Origin: Squalus acanthias
Lineage: Eukaryota
NCBI GenBank assembly: GCA_030390025.1
Contig: CM059433.1
Span: 25,298,001-25,362,000 of the forward strand
Reading direction: 5' to 3'
DNA length: 64,000 nt
Shown: one piece after another, positions 10,978 to 21,323 of the stretch
How the letters are laid out: each line of letters begins with the position of its first letter
Position numbering within the stretch: the first letter of the stretch is position 1
Made by a program: the position numbers and the translations under genes
The notes under the pieces: model-generated
The model's input: the letters and a program-made list of their open reading frames with translations, nothing else
What the model was told of the DNA's origin: nothing
Database searches by the model: none

Positions 10978-13590
10978 CAAGGCCACTCGGCTCCCGACCT
11001 CATTACAGCCTTGGTCCAAACATAGACAAAGGAGCTGAATTCCAGAGGTGAGGTGAGAGTGACTGCCCTTGACATCAAGGCAGCATTTCGAGTGTGGCAC
11101 CAAGGAGCCCTAGTAAAACAGAAGTCAATGGGAATCAGGGGGAAAACTCTCCACTGGCTGGAGTTATACCTAGCACAAAGGAAGATGGTTGTGGTGGTTG
11201 AAGGTCAATCATCACAGCCCCAGTACATCGCTGCAGGAGTTCCTCAGGGCAGTGTCCTAGGCCCAACCATCTTCAGCTGCTTCATCAATGACCTTCCCTC
11301 CAACATAAGGTCAGAAATGGTAATGTTCGCTGATGACTGCACAGTGTTCAGTGCCATTCACAACTCCTCTGATAATGAAGCAGTACATGCCCGCATGCAA
11401 CAAGACCTGGACAACGTTCAGGCTTGGGCTGATAAGTGGCAGGTAACATTCATGCCACACAAGTGCCAGGCAATGACTATCTCCAACAAGCGAGAGTCTA
11501 ACCACCGCCCCTTGACATTCAACGGCATTACCATCGCCGAATCCCCCACCATCAACATCCTGGGGGTTACCATTGACTAGAAACTTAACTGGACGAGCGA
11601 CATAAATACTGTGGCAACAAGAGCAGGTCAGAGGCTAGGTATTCTGCGGCGAGTGCCTCACCTCCTGACTCCCCAAAGCCTTTCCGCCATCTACAAGGTA
11701 CCAGTAAGGAAAGTGATGGAATACTCTCCACTTGCCTGGATGAGTTCAGCTCCAACAACACTCAAGAAGCTTGACACTGAAGGGATAATTACAAGTCCTA
11801 GCCCTTTTCGGGCTACCCCAGATCAGGCGTATTCCCCAGACGTTCACCTTCAACTAAAGTTAGTGATAGCCGAATCCTAGAGACGCTTAATTGGGTCTAA
11901 AGGTCAGACTACCTCTCCCTAAAGGAAAGAAACGGCCTGAAGATGTTACCGTCCTCCGGATAGCACTTTTAACAAGTTTAACTAGACTGTAACCTTCCGG
12001 ATATTATGAGGGTCCGGAAAACCCCCCAGAATTCTGCAACTCCTTACAAAAGAGTGTACAGAAATTGAGTTCGCGAGATTGATACAGAAATACTCTTTGA
12101 GACAATTTAAAAAAATATAGATTTATTAAAGAACCGACATTTAGTTAACAGCTGGTATGGCAATCGCAACTTTAACCGTTCAAAATACAAATAGCTTACA
12201 TTTCTTATCAGAGATCCTTATTCTCAAATCTTAACTTCGTTACATTTCCACACTTCTACTTATTTCTTAATCCAGAATATCCACCAAAATCAAATACCTT
12301 GATTACCCGAGACTCAGAGTTATAGGCCTACAGAGTGGTTCTGAAGGCGAGAATCGCTCTGCCCCTTCCCAGCGACTTCTGTTTTCTCATTTGAAAAGCT
12401 CTTATTTTTATACTCTTTTTAGTGGTATATTTGAAGTTTTCTTTTGATGTAAGCTAATTGTCTCTAGTGATACTCTATTGAATTCTTTTCTATTCTTACT
12501 GTCATTTCAGCTGCCAACTTTTAGAATTCTGTCTCTACCTTTAGGTGTTTCAAAAACTTATCATAACATTTTTATTACAGATTAATCTTTTTGATGCCAT
12601 TCTTAGGAAGTCTTTCTATTGAATTCTTAATATCAATTAACTGCTTGTAAGCCAGACGTCGTGACTCCGTGGTGTTCCAAGTTCAATACAAACACAATGT
12701 AATTGCTTGGTGTCATCTATTGATATTATATTTTCAAAGCCTCTCTGTAGGTATATTTTACAACTTGTAAATTGAAAACACTTCTCTTAGGGTGTTTACT
12801 TGTTTTCTTGCTATCTCAATTGGTTGCATATTTAATTGTGTTTCCTGTCTTATTTGATGTTACTTTATGAAGGCATATGGTTGTTTAATGTTTTAAGTTT
12901 CTGTTTCCCTGAGTGTTAGCTTATAACACTTTACTTGGGTCATTCCATTGTGTTTCTCCCAAACTCCAGACCTTCTGGAAGCGCCAATGGTTTGCTTCAA
13001 TAAGGGCATTGTTTTTGTGTTTGCAACCATCTCCCATTTCAAAGCTTGTGGTGTTTTCCAGCTTTTGTTAATACTTCCCCTTATCTCAGAAGCCTGTATT
13101 GTGTTTGCAGCCTGTGTCGCCAAGGCTTTCTAGACTTTTAAACTCAGTATGTCTTATATTAATATTATCAAAATCTGTTCATAGGATGATGTATTTCTTG
13201 GAATATGGCTTATTCCATTACAACACCATCCAGGACAAAGCAGCCCGCTTGATTGCCACCCCATCCACCACCTTAAACATTCACTCCCTCCACCACCGGT
13301 GTACCGTGGCTGCAGTATGTACCATCTACAAGATGCACTGCAGCAACTCGCCAAGGCTTCTTCGGCAGCACCTCTCAAGCCTGCGACCTCTTCTACCTAG
13401 AAGGACAAGGGCAGCAGGCGCATGGGAACACCACCACCTCCAAGTTCCCCTCCAAGTCACACACCATCCTGACTTAGAAGTATATTGCCGATCCTTCATC
13501 GTCACTGGGTTAAAATCCTGGAACTCCCTACCTAACGGCACTGTGGGAGTACCTTCACCACACGGACTGCAGGGGTTCAAGCAGGTGTTT
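10978..13590 (+). mobile_element. CR1-clade LINE RT fragment split by a solo LTR
   Basis: ALDIKAAF...QGSVLGP...FADDCTVF. Sequence breaks at KKLDT (11777) and resumes at TIQDKAAR (13223). Confidence 0.9.
11778..13222 (-). mobile_element. Solo LTR (1445 bp)
   Basis: TG...CA termini with a perfect 4-bp TSD ACAC (11774-11777, 13223-13226) inside the CR1. Homologous to 1-813. Confidence 0.92.
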
Positions 13591-13859
13591 CACCAAAATA
13601 CCGGTGCTGTCAGCATTATTATTGCAGGCGGCCATTAACTGCGGCCCACCGTGGCACTGGCAGGTTTCCGGCCTGCTCCAATTTCTAGGCCTAAGCTTTT
13701 TTCTGGGCCTCTCTTAGATTATCCTTTTAACTTGTTTCTGTGTGATCCTATATTTATCCCAGTGAGCCCCTTCTCCTTCCTGCAGGATTTCTACAGGTCA
13801 TTTTTCCTCTTTATTTCATTTTTATTTGTTTGTTAATCCATTTGGGGGTCGCACTTGTT

Positions 13860-14230
13860 TAGTCCAAACTTGTTGATCTTAGTTAGGTATTTGTCCTGCA
13901 ATCGAGCATTATTACTTTAAAGATGTTCCATTTGTCATCCACCTCCAATCCATTTTTGTCAATTCTTCCCTCATCTCTTTGAATTTAACTCTTCTAATGT
14001 TATATACCTAGCTTCTGGTCTTTGGTGTAATTGGGTCCCAGATCATGTTAAACTTGATCATTCTGTGGTCACGGTCCCTCAGGGGTGCTATGACTTCCAC
14101 TTCCTGTGTGTTGTCTGGGTAATTTATCAATACCAGGTTAAGATGTGCACTGCCGCTTGTGGCTTCCCTTACGCACTGAGTCAGGAAGCAGTTATATTTA
14201 GCTGACTCAAAACTGCTTGAGTTGCCCAAT
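13860..14230 (-). mobile_element. Old CR1 endonuclease-region fragment
   Basis: FLTQCVREAT...LNLVL...PLRDRDHRMIKF resembles CR1 ORF2 APE C-terminal motifs. Confidence 0.6.
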
Positions 14231-14898
14231 TTAAACCGAGTTGCTTGAAGGCTCCCATTAAAGTAATTCAGCTAGCGAGTTCTATTGAGGCCCTTCAGGG
14301 CCGTGGAGAGCAGAATTTCCCACGGAATTCCAGTAACTCCCAGCATGAACTACTTGATGTAGGTCAGGTGGAAGATCTGTCCATGCTCCCCAGAACCAAA
14401 TTTAAAGGGATGTTCTTAGAGGAGCAGAGTTCCAACAAAACTAGTTCCACCAACCACCCCCCCGCCCAAACCTGCCCTCCCCCGGTTAAAAATCGGGGTT
14501 TCCTTCCTCTCCAGCCCAAGAATTTTGGGGTCATTGTGTTTTAGGCCATGCCTGCTCTGACTTACATGTGCAATGCCATGAGAGATTGGTTAGTGCAGTT
14601 TCGTGTTGAGTCTAGTGCATGTTTAGTCTGTCAGACTTCGTGCTTCATATCTCCTACGTCACACCTTGGATGTCACAGCTCAGGCATGAAATTTGATATG
14701 CAAAGCCTGGCCTGGATTTTCTGTGATGTAATTACCTATATTTGGGTAATATAGAGGCAGTCTTGCATGTAAAGTGGGGCACAATTTCCCTCTGTTACCT
14801 CGGCGTAATCCTGATCCATCCGCCCGAAGCTGCAGTTGAAGGTGGCGGTGTTGGGTCCAGGTCAGGAATCAGAATCAGGAAGATCAAAGGTTACATAA

Positions 14899-15020
14899 AG
14901 CAAAATACTGCGGATACTGGAAATCTGAAACCAAAACAGAAAATGCTGGAAATACTCAGCAGGTCAGGCAGCATCTGTGGAGAGAGAAACAGAGTTAACG
15001 TTTCAGGTTGCTGACCTTTC
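14899..15020 (-). repeat. Penelope-like terminal repeat fragment
   Basis: Same ~120-bp unit as 34427-34545 and 58558-58690. Hammerhead core incomplete in this copy. Confidence 0.6.
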
Positions 15021-16487
15021 GTTCCAATTTTCCAGGCATAAACTTAGAAGAGAAAATTCTGAGGGAAATTACTAACATAAACTTGGGTCTAAATAATAAC
15101 ACTCGGTATTTAGAATTAGTCATCATTTTAGATGTAAAATTGCATAAAATATTGACATTTACATTATTCCAAGAAAAATCTTCACTCATAAATTATCCGC
15201 TCAAATGCGAATTGTTGTGTGAACTACAGTTCTATGACAGTAACTGCTGCTTTATTTCGATTGCTGCCAGCAGCCCACTTGGTTTAGGAACAAATATGGA
15301 GCAATTGCGTAATTGTGTTCAACATGCTGAGACAGCTAATATAGTTTACAGATGTATCCAAGAGGAACTTATGACTAACATGTTAAATGTCAAGGTTTCC
15401 TTAATACAAGCAAAGATCCCATATTGTTGCTGGCAATGAGTCAGAGGTTACATTTTTGCAAAGGAAGGGGTGCTTGAGTGTGCAAGTGGAAAAAGCTGAC
15501 ATCAGCACTGAAAGAATTTGGAAAGAAGTTTATACAAAATTCACCCGCCATATTCCACCCCCCCACCCCCCCACCACCACTGTTCCTGAAACACTGAAGT
15601 AGGTATTTTAAATTAGTTCAAGAAAATAGTGTTTTCAATATCTATTGTAAGTAGTTAAATAAATATCACAGTTAATTAAATAAATTTCTGCATGTAATGT
15701 ATGGGAGTAGCTATTTACTATCAGTCTGTTTAGGTTGTAGCTTTTTAAAGCGAAGGCTAAGAAATATAAAACATATTTAATGGCCCGAAAATTAGACCTA
15801 ATACGCGAGAGTACGCACTCTCGCGTTTTAGGTCTCCAATTGCCGGTTTCCTGCATGCACTGCGCATGCGCGGGAAACCGGCACTTCGTGAATTCAAAAG
15901 GGGGCGGTTCCTAAGTGAACCGCGTGCGCGCTACAGGCTGCGCGCACGCAGTGCACTTAGTTATTTTTGCAGCTTTGAACGCGCAGGTAAGTGTTGAAGA
16001 TTTTACACATAAAGAAAGCAGGCGTAGGACCCCCTTTTAACAAGGTAAGTAGTTAATTAAGTGTTATTTAAAAAAATTTTCAACAGGTTTATCTTTTTTA
16101 GAGACTTTAAAGAAAGGTACGTTTATTTTTATAACTTTTAAAAAGATTTAAAAAATTTTCAAAAATTTAATTTTTGGTTTAAAGTGGTTAATTTATTTAA
16201 CTATACTTATTTTATTAATGTGATGGCTTCTTTTTTTAATTTAATTGAGGTTTAGCTGTTCTTTTGGGGGGGTTTAGTATTCATAGCTTTGACAGCTCTT
16301 GCCGTCAAAACTATGAATGAAAGATGGTGTGCTGCCATTGGCTCTAACTGAATCACGTGATCCCAGAGCTCGCACGAACTAATTGCGTCTCTGGGACACG
16401 CAAGCACTGCACGGCTGCATGTGGGACTGGCCTTGAAACTAAAGTTCATGTGGGCCCGGAGGAAAAAGGTAGGCGCGGAGTGAGATC

Positions 16488-18205
16488 TGTAAGGGTTTCT
16501 GACCCGTGTGGCTCTGTGCTCAGCCTGGGTGCTAGTGCGAGGTTAGGCCTTGTTGCCTGTTCTGGTCTCCAGCCAGTCTGGGAGCACTAGACACCTGTGA
16601 GTGGTTCGACCCACTCGCCCTTACGGTTCTGACACTGGACTTAGATGCGAGAGCAGTAATGGAGAGAAAACTCAGGTAGACCCGGTTGAATGGTACGAAA
16701 TGGAAAATCTTTATTGCATATTATTCAAGATTACGGAATACATGTCATAAGCACAGATTAATGACAGTACAATCTTACACGCAGTTATGTAACTAATTTC
16801 AGGGAAACGAGGAACGAACGACACATCGTAAATGGGGGCACACATTACAGTTATCCTTAAAACTTAAACCCTCCCCTATCAATACCTGCTCTAAACTAGA
16901 TTTGTAGGATCGAGACTCATGCTCACCACTCGTGATAACTCGGAGAATTCCGAAAACTCTAATCGGATGTTTTTCACCGCAGCACCTGATCACCCACGTG
17001 TTGATCAGGGGTCTCTGTACCCCACTTGTTTCCTCGTTTCTGCTCCGGCTAGCAGGCTGGACCATCTGCTGTCATGAAGATCTGTGTTGTCCTCGGAGTT
17101 CCGACACGACTCGAAAAATAGTCTTCCTGTGCCCTCGCACCGATTCGATAAAACTCAAAGAATAGTCTTCCGATGCCAGTTCTGTAGAACTCAAAGATGG
17201 TCTTCCTGGGCAAGGAAAGTGTCTATTCGACTTACAGGCGCGGTCGGGGCTTACTGACCGTGGCGATACGTATGGTCGTCTTCTTCTCTTCTCATCTCAT
17301 CTCATCTCATCTCATCTCATCTCGGGCCTTCGGTTCCAACACCGTTTACCGACTTCTCGGGATGGTGTGCCCGTTTCAAGGCTTCACAGCCCAGTTCCAC
17401 ACAGATCTTCGCGGCAAGCCACGAGGCAGATCCTGGCGGATCGGAAAGTTCAACAGTCTTTAAAAGCTGCAAGAGGCAGAGACACGAGGCAAGCGGCAAG
17501 GAGTCAAAAGGATAAGAGTCAAGAGGCAGGAACAAGACGGCGAGCGAACAAGAGTCAAGAGTCAAGAGTCAAGAGAAAGATGGACGGTTGTAGCTTACAG
17601 TTATAGTGCAAAAACTCTTCTTTTCCCGCCCAACCTTAATGTCTTTTCTTTTGTTAGGGTTTTGTCGCTCAAATTTCTTGTATAGGGTGATCTCCGTTTT
17701 AATGGGTTTCGGGGATACTCGTAACTGTCTGAGTACCTGTTAATACTTTTCCCAATGTGTAACCGGTCGGTATTCTCCCTGGAGGGGTTTTGGGGCTTCC
17801 AAATGTTTTCTGTAACTACCCGCTAACGGCTCTCTCATCGTAGAGTCGTGGGGATTTTGCATATTAATGTCTTTGGATGGGTTCTTGATCACTTGGCACA
17901 ATAGCCCTTATTCGCACCTGGGAGACCGATTTCAGTATTTATGTGTATACTGCAAACCCATGATGTCTCGTGTATTATCTCAAATGTGCTGAGTCTTGAT
18001 CGATCTTGCACAAATGTTTATTGGAACGCCATCTTGTCTGCTTATCGAAAAGTCTAGAATGTTCTGCCACGAGGCGTGGCGGCCATTTTACAGGCTGCTT
18101 GTGTCCACTTTGAAAACCTGACAGCATTCTGCTGAAATAAAGCTGTTTGAACGAAACTGTGTTTTCTCCTTATTTATAAAATCGCGATATATTGTGAATT
18201 CTACA
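16488..18205 (-). repeat. 3' LTR (1718 bp)
   Basis: TG...CA termini. Matches 27633-29347 except about 6 substitutions, one CTCAT unit and a 2-bp indel. Confidence 0.97.
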
Positions 18206-18215
18206 GTCCCTCCTG
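18206..18215 (-). promoter_or_regulatory. Polypurine tract
   Basis: Minus strand CAGGAGGGAC immediately before the 3' LTR TG. Confidence 0.65.
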
Positions 18216-18658
18216 TTGATGCGAATAACTCCGCTTATCGTATCAAAAAATATTGTGGTGAGCAATATTATCTCGATTTCTCCAGATCCAGAAAAAATAT
18301 TCCCCATAACTTAAACTATCTAGGGTCTTTGCGTCGTCCTTATTTCCCAGGAAAATTACATTCTTATAACACCGCAGGCAGTATTTGCCTCTAAACTTAC
18401 ACCAGTTGTTTTCCTTCCAGGCGTAACCAGGCCGATGCCTCTCATATCACCTGTATATTTACATTTTTTATTTAGGGAAAGGAAAAACAAAACAAAACCA
18501 AACAATCATATTTAACAACAACACCATCACCAAAAATAATCAAAACCAACTCTTAAACATGTCGAGTTCCAAACGTAATTACAGTTTCTGAGAAAATCAC
18601 GATCGATTACAACACTTCCGAGGCGCACGTGGCAAACGGGAGTGACGCCATTTTCTGA

Positions 18659-21010
18659 TTACACGGTGCTTTCATCGTGCACGTGCACGTAACGTTCTCG
18701 CCACTCTCCCGTGTTTTCGTTCTTGGTGAGGCGTTTGCCTCTCTTACAATGTACGACCAATAAGTATACCACAATAAACACTTGGCATACAACTAAAATG
18801 TGGGAGGCTATTCTGATCCATGAAGGCACTTCAATGTTGGTGAACAGATTCCACCACGGTGGAATTACTATGTCCAGAATGTCTGTCCCTATCTCGACAG
18901 TTTTCTGCTCTAGTGTGTAAAAATGTTTTTGTGACACCGCGATGGCTTTTAAAAGCTTGGTGAGGTGTTCAGGGAGAGGGGGAATGAGGTATCCGAAATG
19001 CGCAACGAATCGCTGCAGGTCGGTGAAGTTCTCTTTTACGGTGAGATGAACCGTGGATGGTTCAGGGATTGGGACAATTCGCTGTTGTGCTACTTGAACT
19101 TCCGCCCTGGGTTTGAAACAGAAACTGCTGTCACTCACCAGACACCAGCTACGGTTTCCATGCTGGTAGTGTTGCGCTGCAGTGGTAACACAATATGTTC
19201 CACCCCTGATGTATGCTACCTGCGGAGGCACATGATCTTGTGCCATTGCCTCCATGGTGCAATTCATGGACTTGGCGCCAGCCGTTCTGAACCCGCACTG
19301 TGGTGTTAAAAAGGCATTCAAGTGCTGGGGACACAGTATTATGTGTGCTCCCCTGCCACGACAACCAGAGAGATCTGTACCTGTCATCGTTTGCTCCCAG
19401 CGGATGACGTAAGGTGGAACCGCTGCATAGCGAATGTGGGCTCCCCCCTGAATGACACCAATGTTCTCTACCCGATACACCGGGGCGGGCTTTGCTGTGT
19501 CGCCCAAAACCGGCATACGTAATACTATACCCATGATAGTATGGTTTGATCGTCCACAGTCCACGGGGACTGGGTATGCTTCTGAAGCTAGCCTGAGCTG
19601 GCACGGGCTTAATGCGTTCTGAAAAGGGTGGAGCGCCCGCAGGTGTTTGTTACTTATCCAGGACGGGACCAAACCTTGTTTTAAATCCTCCAAATTACTG
19701 CAGCCCTCGCCCAGTAACCACGCCCCATAAAGCACGCACACCTCATTCTGCGCAGCTTGATCAGATGCATTCCGATCTTCCCTAATCAGGGCATTTACCG
19801 TTCTCGTGTGTTTCTCCAGCTCAGCTATTATTTCCTTTAAATGGAGAGTCATGGCTTGGTCCTCGTGTAAACCCGACCCAACCACCTTATTTTCATCTGT
19901 GAGAATGTCTTTTAATTGCGTTTTTAAGCCATTAATCTGGGTCTGCAGCTCCACGCTGTCTAGAGCGTTGACCACAGATGTACCTGTGTTGAAAGCAGTG
20001 AACGCGTCGTTCACAACACCCCTTCTTTGCCTCCCCACCTGATCCAAAACTTCATGTGGTGCGGTGTACAAACTTGTTTTATCAATTTCCGCGAAATCGA
20101 ATTCGTAAAATTGTCTGAACATCTTGGTCAACAGGACCTGGTACAACTGTTCTGTCTTTTTGGGGCACCACTCTGGTAACCGTACCTCGGTGAGATTTAA
20201 AATCACCGAGGCCACCGCGTAATGTACCCCCTGAAATAGTATCTGGTCTGTGGGGACCAGTACCAAACCATTCCCGGGTCCCTTACTGGTTTTTGGGCAC
20301 CCTTCTTCCTTAGCTAGAACCACCGGAATCGTGGGCGGGGCTTTGCGTGGGCGCGTAATGAGTTCAGTGGCATTTACTGGGATCGGGGAGAATGGGGCTC
20401 CGCACCCCCTGGTGCTCGCATCCCACCTCATCCCCTGTCCGTTATCCTGCCATTGATTAATGAAAAATATGGAGATGCCTTTGGGGCAAACGTACTTTGA
20501 CCCCCACATACATACATAAATTCCCTCATCCGGTTCCCACCATTTGTCCCAACAGACTCTCACTTGTCCGTTTGTCCCCGTAATTGTCCGATGGGTATTA
20601 TTACCCAGTCGTTCCCACTCGACCGAAGAGTTCCTCATGTTTTTGCTCAGCTTTCGCAGCCACCACCATCGGCTCAATGGGACATTCCCACTGCAAGTCA
20701 AACAAATCCGTTTGCCGACGGTGACGCTGATCCTGGGTGCGATGATCCTTACTTTGGGGCACAGTAAAGAAGTCTCTTGGTAGGCAAACCCCGATGTGCT
20801 GGAATACTCCGTTGAGTTCGTTCCCAGCCATCCTGGCCACCTTCCCTTGTGGAAATAGGTGGTGGTCTCCTCAGCCTCTCGTCTTCCGGTCCCATCCACC
20901 GCGATGGGGGCCGTGTCCCCGGAGCATCCAAACACCACGACATCCTTGGTGCGGCCTCGATAGGCCAATCCACATCCGATTGCCGCGAGCAATACTAGAA
21001 TTCGTTCCAT
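18659..21010 (-). CDS. env: Envelope glycoprotein (signal peptide, Ig-like domain, furin site, F-like class I fusion subunit, TM anchor)
   Basis: Part of the 835-aa ORF. Likely start MERILVLLAAIGCGLA at 21010 (strong Kozak, splice acceptor just upstream). RQRR/GVVNDAF cleavage site, heptad repeat, Cys-rich region and TM ILVVCQVFIVVYLLVV. Confidence 0.9.
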   Translation of the reverse strand: MERILVLLAAIGCGLAYRGRTKDVVVFGCSGDTAPIAVDGTGRREAEETTTYFHKGRWPGWLGTNSTEYSSTSGFAYQETSLLCPKVRIIAPRISVTVGKRICLTCSGNVPLSRWWWLRKLSKNMRNSSVEWERLGNNTHRTITGTNGQVRVCWDKWWEPDEGIYVCMWGSKYVCPKGISIFFINQWQDNGQGMRWDASTRGCGAPFSPIPVNATELITRPRKAPPTIPVVLAKEEGCPKTSKGPGNGLVLVPTDQILFQGVHYAVASVILNLTEVRLPEWCPKKTEQLYQVLLTKMFRQFYEFDFAEIDKTSLYTAPHEVLDQVGRQRRGVVNDAFTAFNTGTSVVNALDSVELQTQINGLKTQLKDILTDENKVVGSGLHEDQAMTLHLKEIIAELEKHTRTVNALIREDRNASDQAAQNEVCVLYGAWLLGEGCSNLEDLKQGLVPSWISNKHLRALHPFQNALSPCQLRLASEAYPVPVDCGRSNHTIMGIVLRMPVLGDTAKPAPVYRVENIGVIQGGAHIRYAAVPPYVIRWEQTMTGTDLSGCRGRGAHIILCPQHLNAFLTPQCGFRTAGAKSMNCTMEAMAQDHVPPQVAYIRGGTYCVTTAAQHYQHGNRSWCLVSDSSFCFKPRAEVQVAQQRIVPIPEPSTVHLTVKENFTDLQRFVAHFGYLIPPLPEHLTKLLKAIAVSQKHFYTLEQKTVEIGTDILDIVIPPWWNLFTNIEVPSWIRIASHILVVCQVFIVVYLLVVHCKRGKRLTKNENTGEWRERYVHVHDESTV

Positions 21011-21323
21011 CCTTCCTTGGTTCCTGTGATCAGATAGAATGAGATAGCCAGCCTCGCAAGAGTCTCTGGCTTTTGTGAAGGGTGAGCGGGTCCCCTGACC
21101 TCGCCTCACGTAAGAAGACATGTGCACTGGATAAACTTTAACTAATCCTATCTCTAAAACTCCCATTATTTACTTCCTTTTATTATTAAACAAAATTTAA
21201 CTACCGACTTAAACCGATTTAAAACTATAACCTCATAACCTTATCTAAAACGATAAACTTATTCTTAACCTTGAACTATAAACTTATTACTGTACAGCGC
21301 CGCCCGTTCCCAGGGCGGCCCCT

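Noticed and set aside
1..13222. One giant DNA transposon with 800-bp TIRs
   Set aside because: The right copy is a self-contained solo LTR with its own ACAC TSD inside a CR1, so the two copies are independent insertions.
15008..15439. 143-aa ORF as a host gene
   Set aside because: Non-ATG start, AT-rich sequence, no recognisable domain or convincing exon structure.
16482..16487. Perfect target-site duplication for the intact provirus
   Set aside because: Flanks are GATC versus GATA (or GAGATC versus GATATC), one mismatch either way, so TSD length is not firmly called.
17286..17575. CRISPR-like repeat array
   Set aside because: Simple CTCAT and TCAAGAG tandem repeats with no spacers, in eukaryotic LTR context.
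21011..21166. 52-aa N-terminal extension of the env ORF
   Set aside because: The signal peptide, Kozak context and splice acceptor all point to the ATG at 21010. A long leader peptide cannot be fully excluded.
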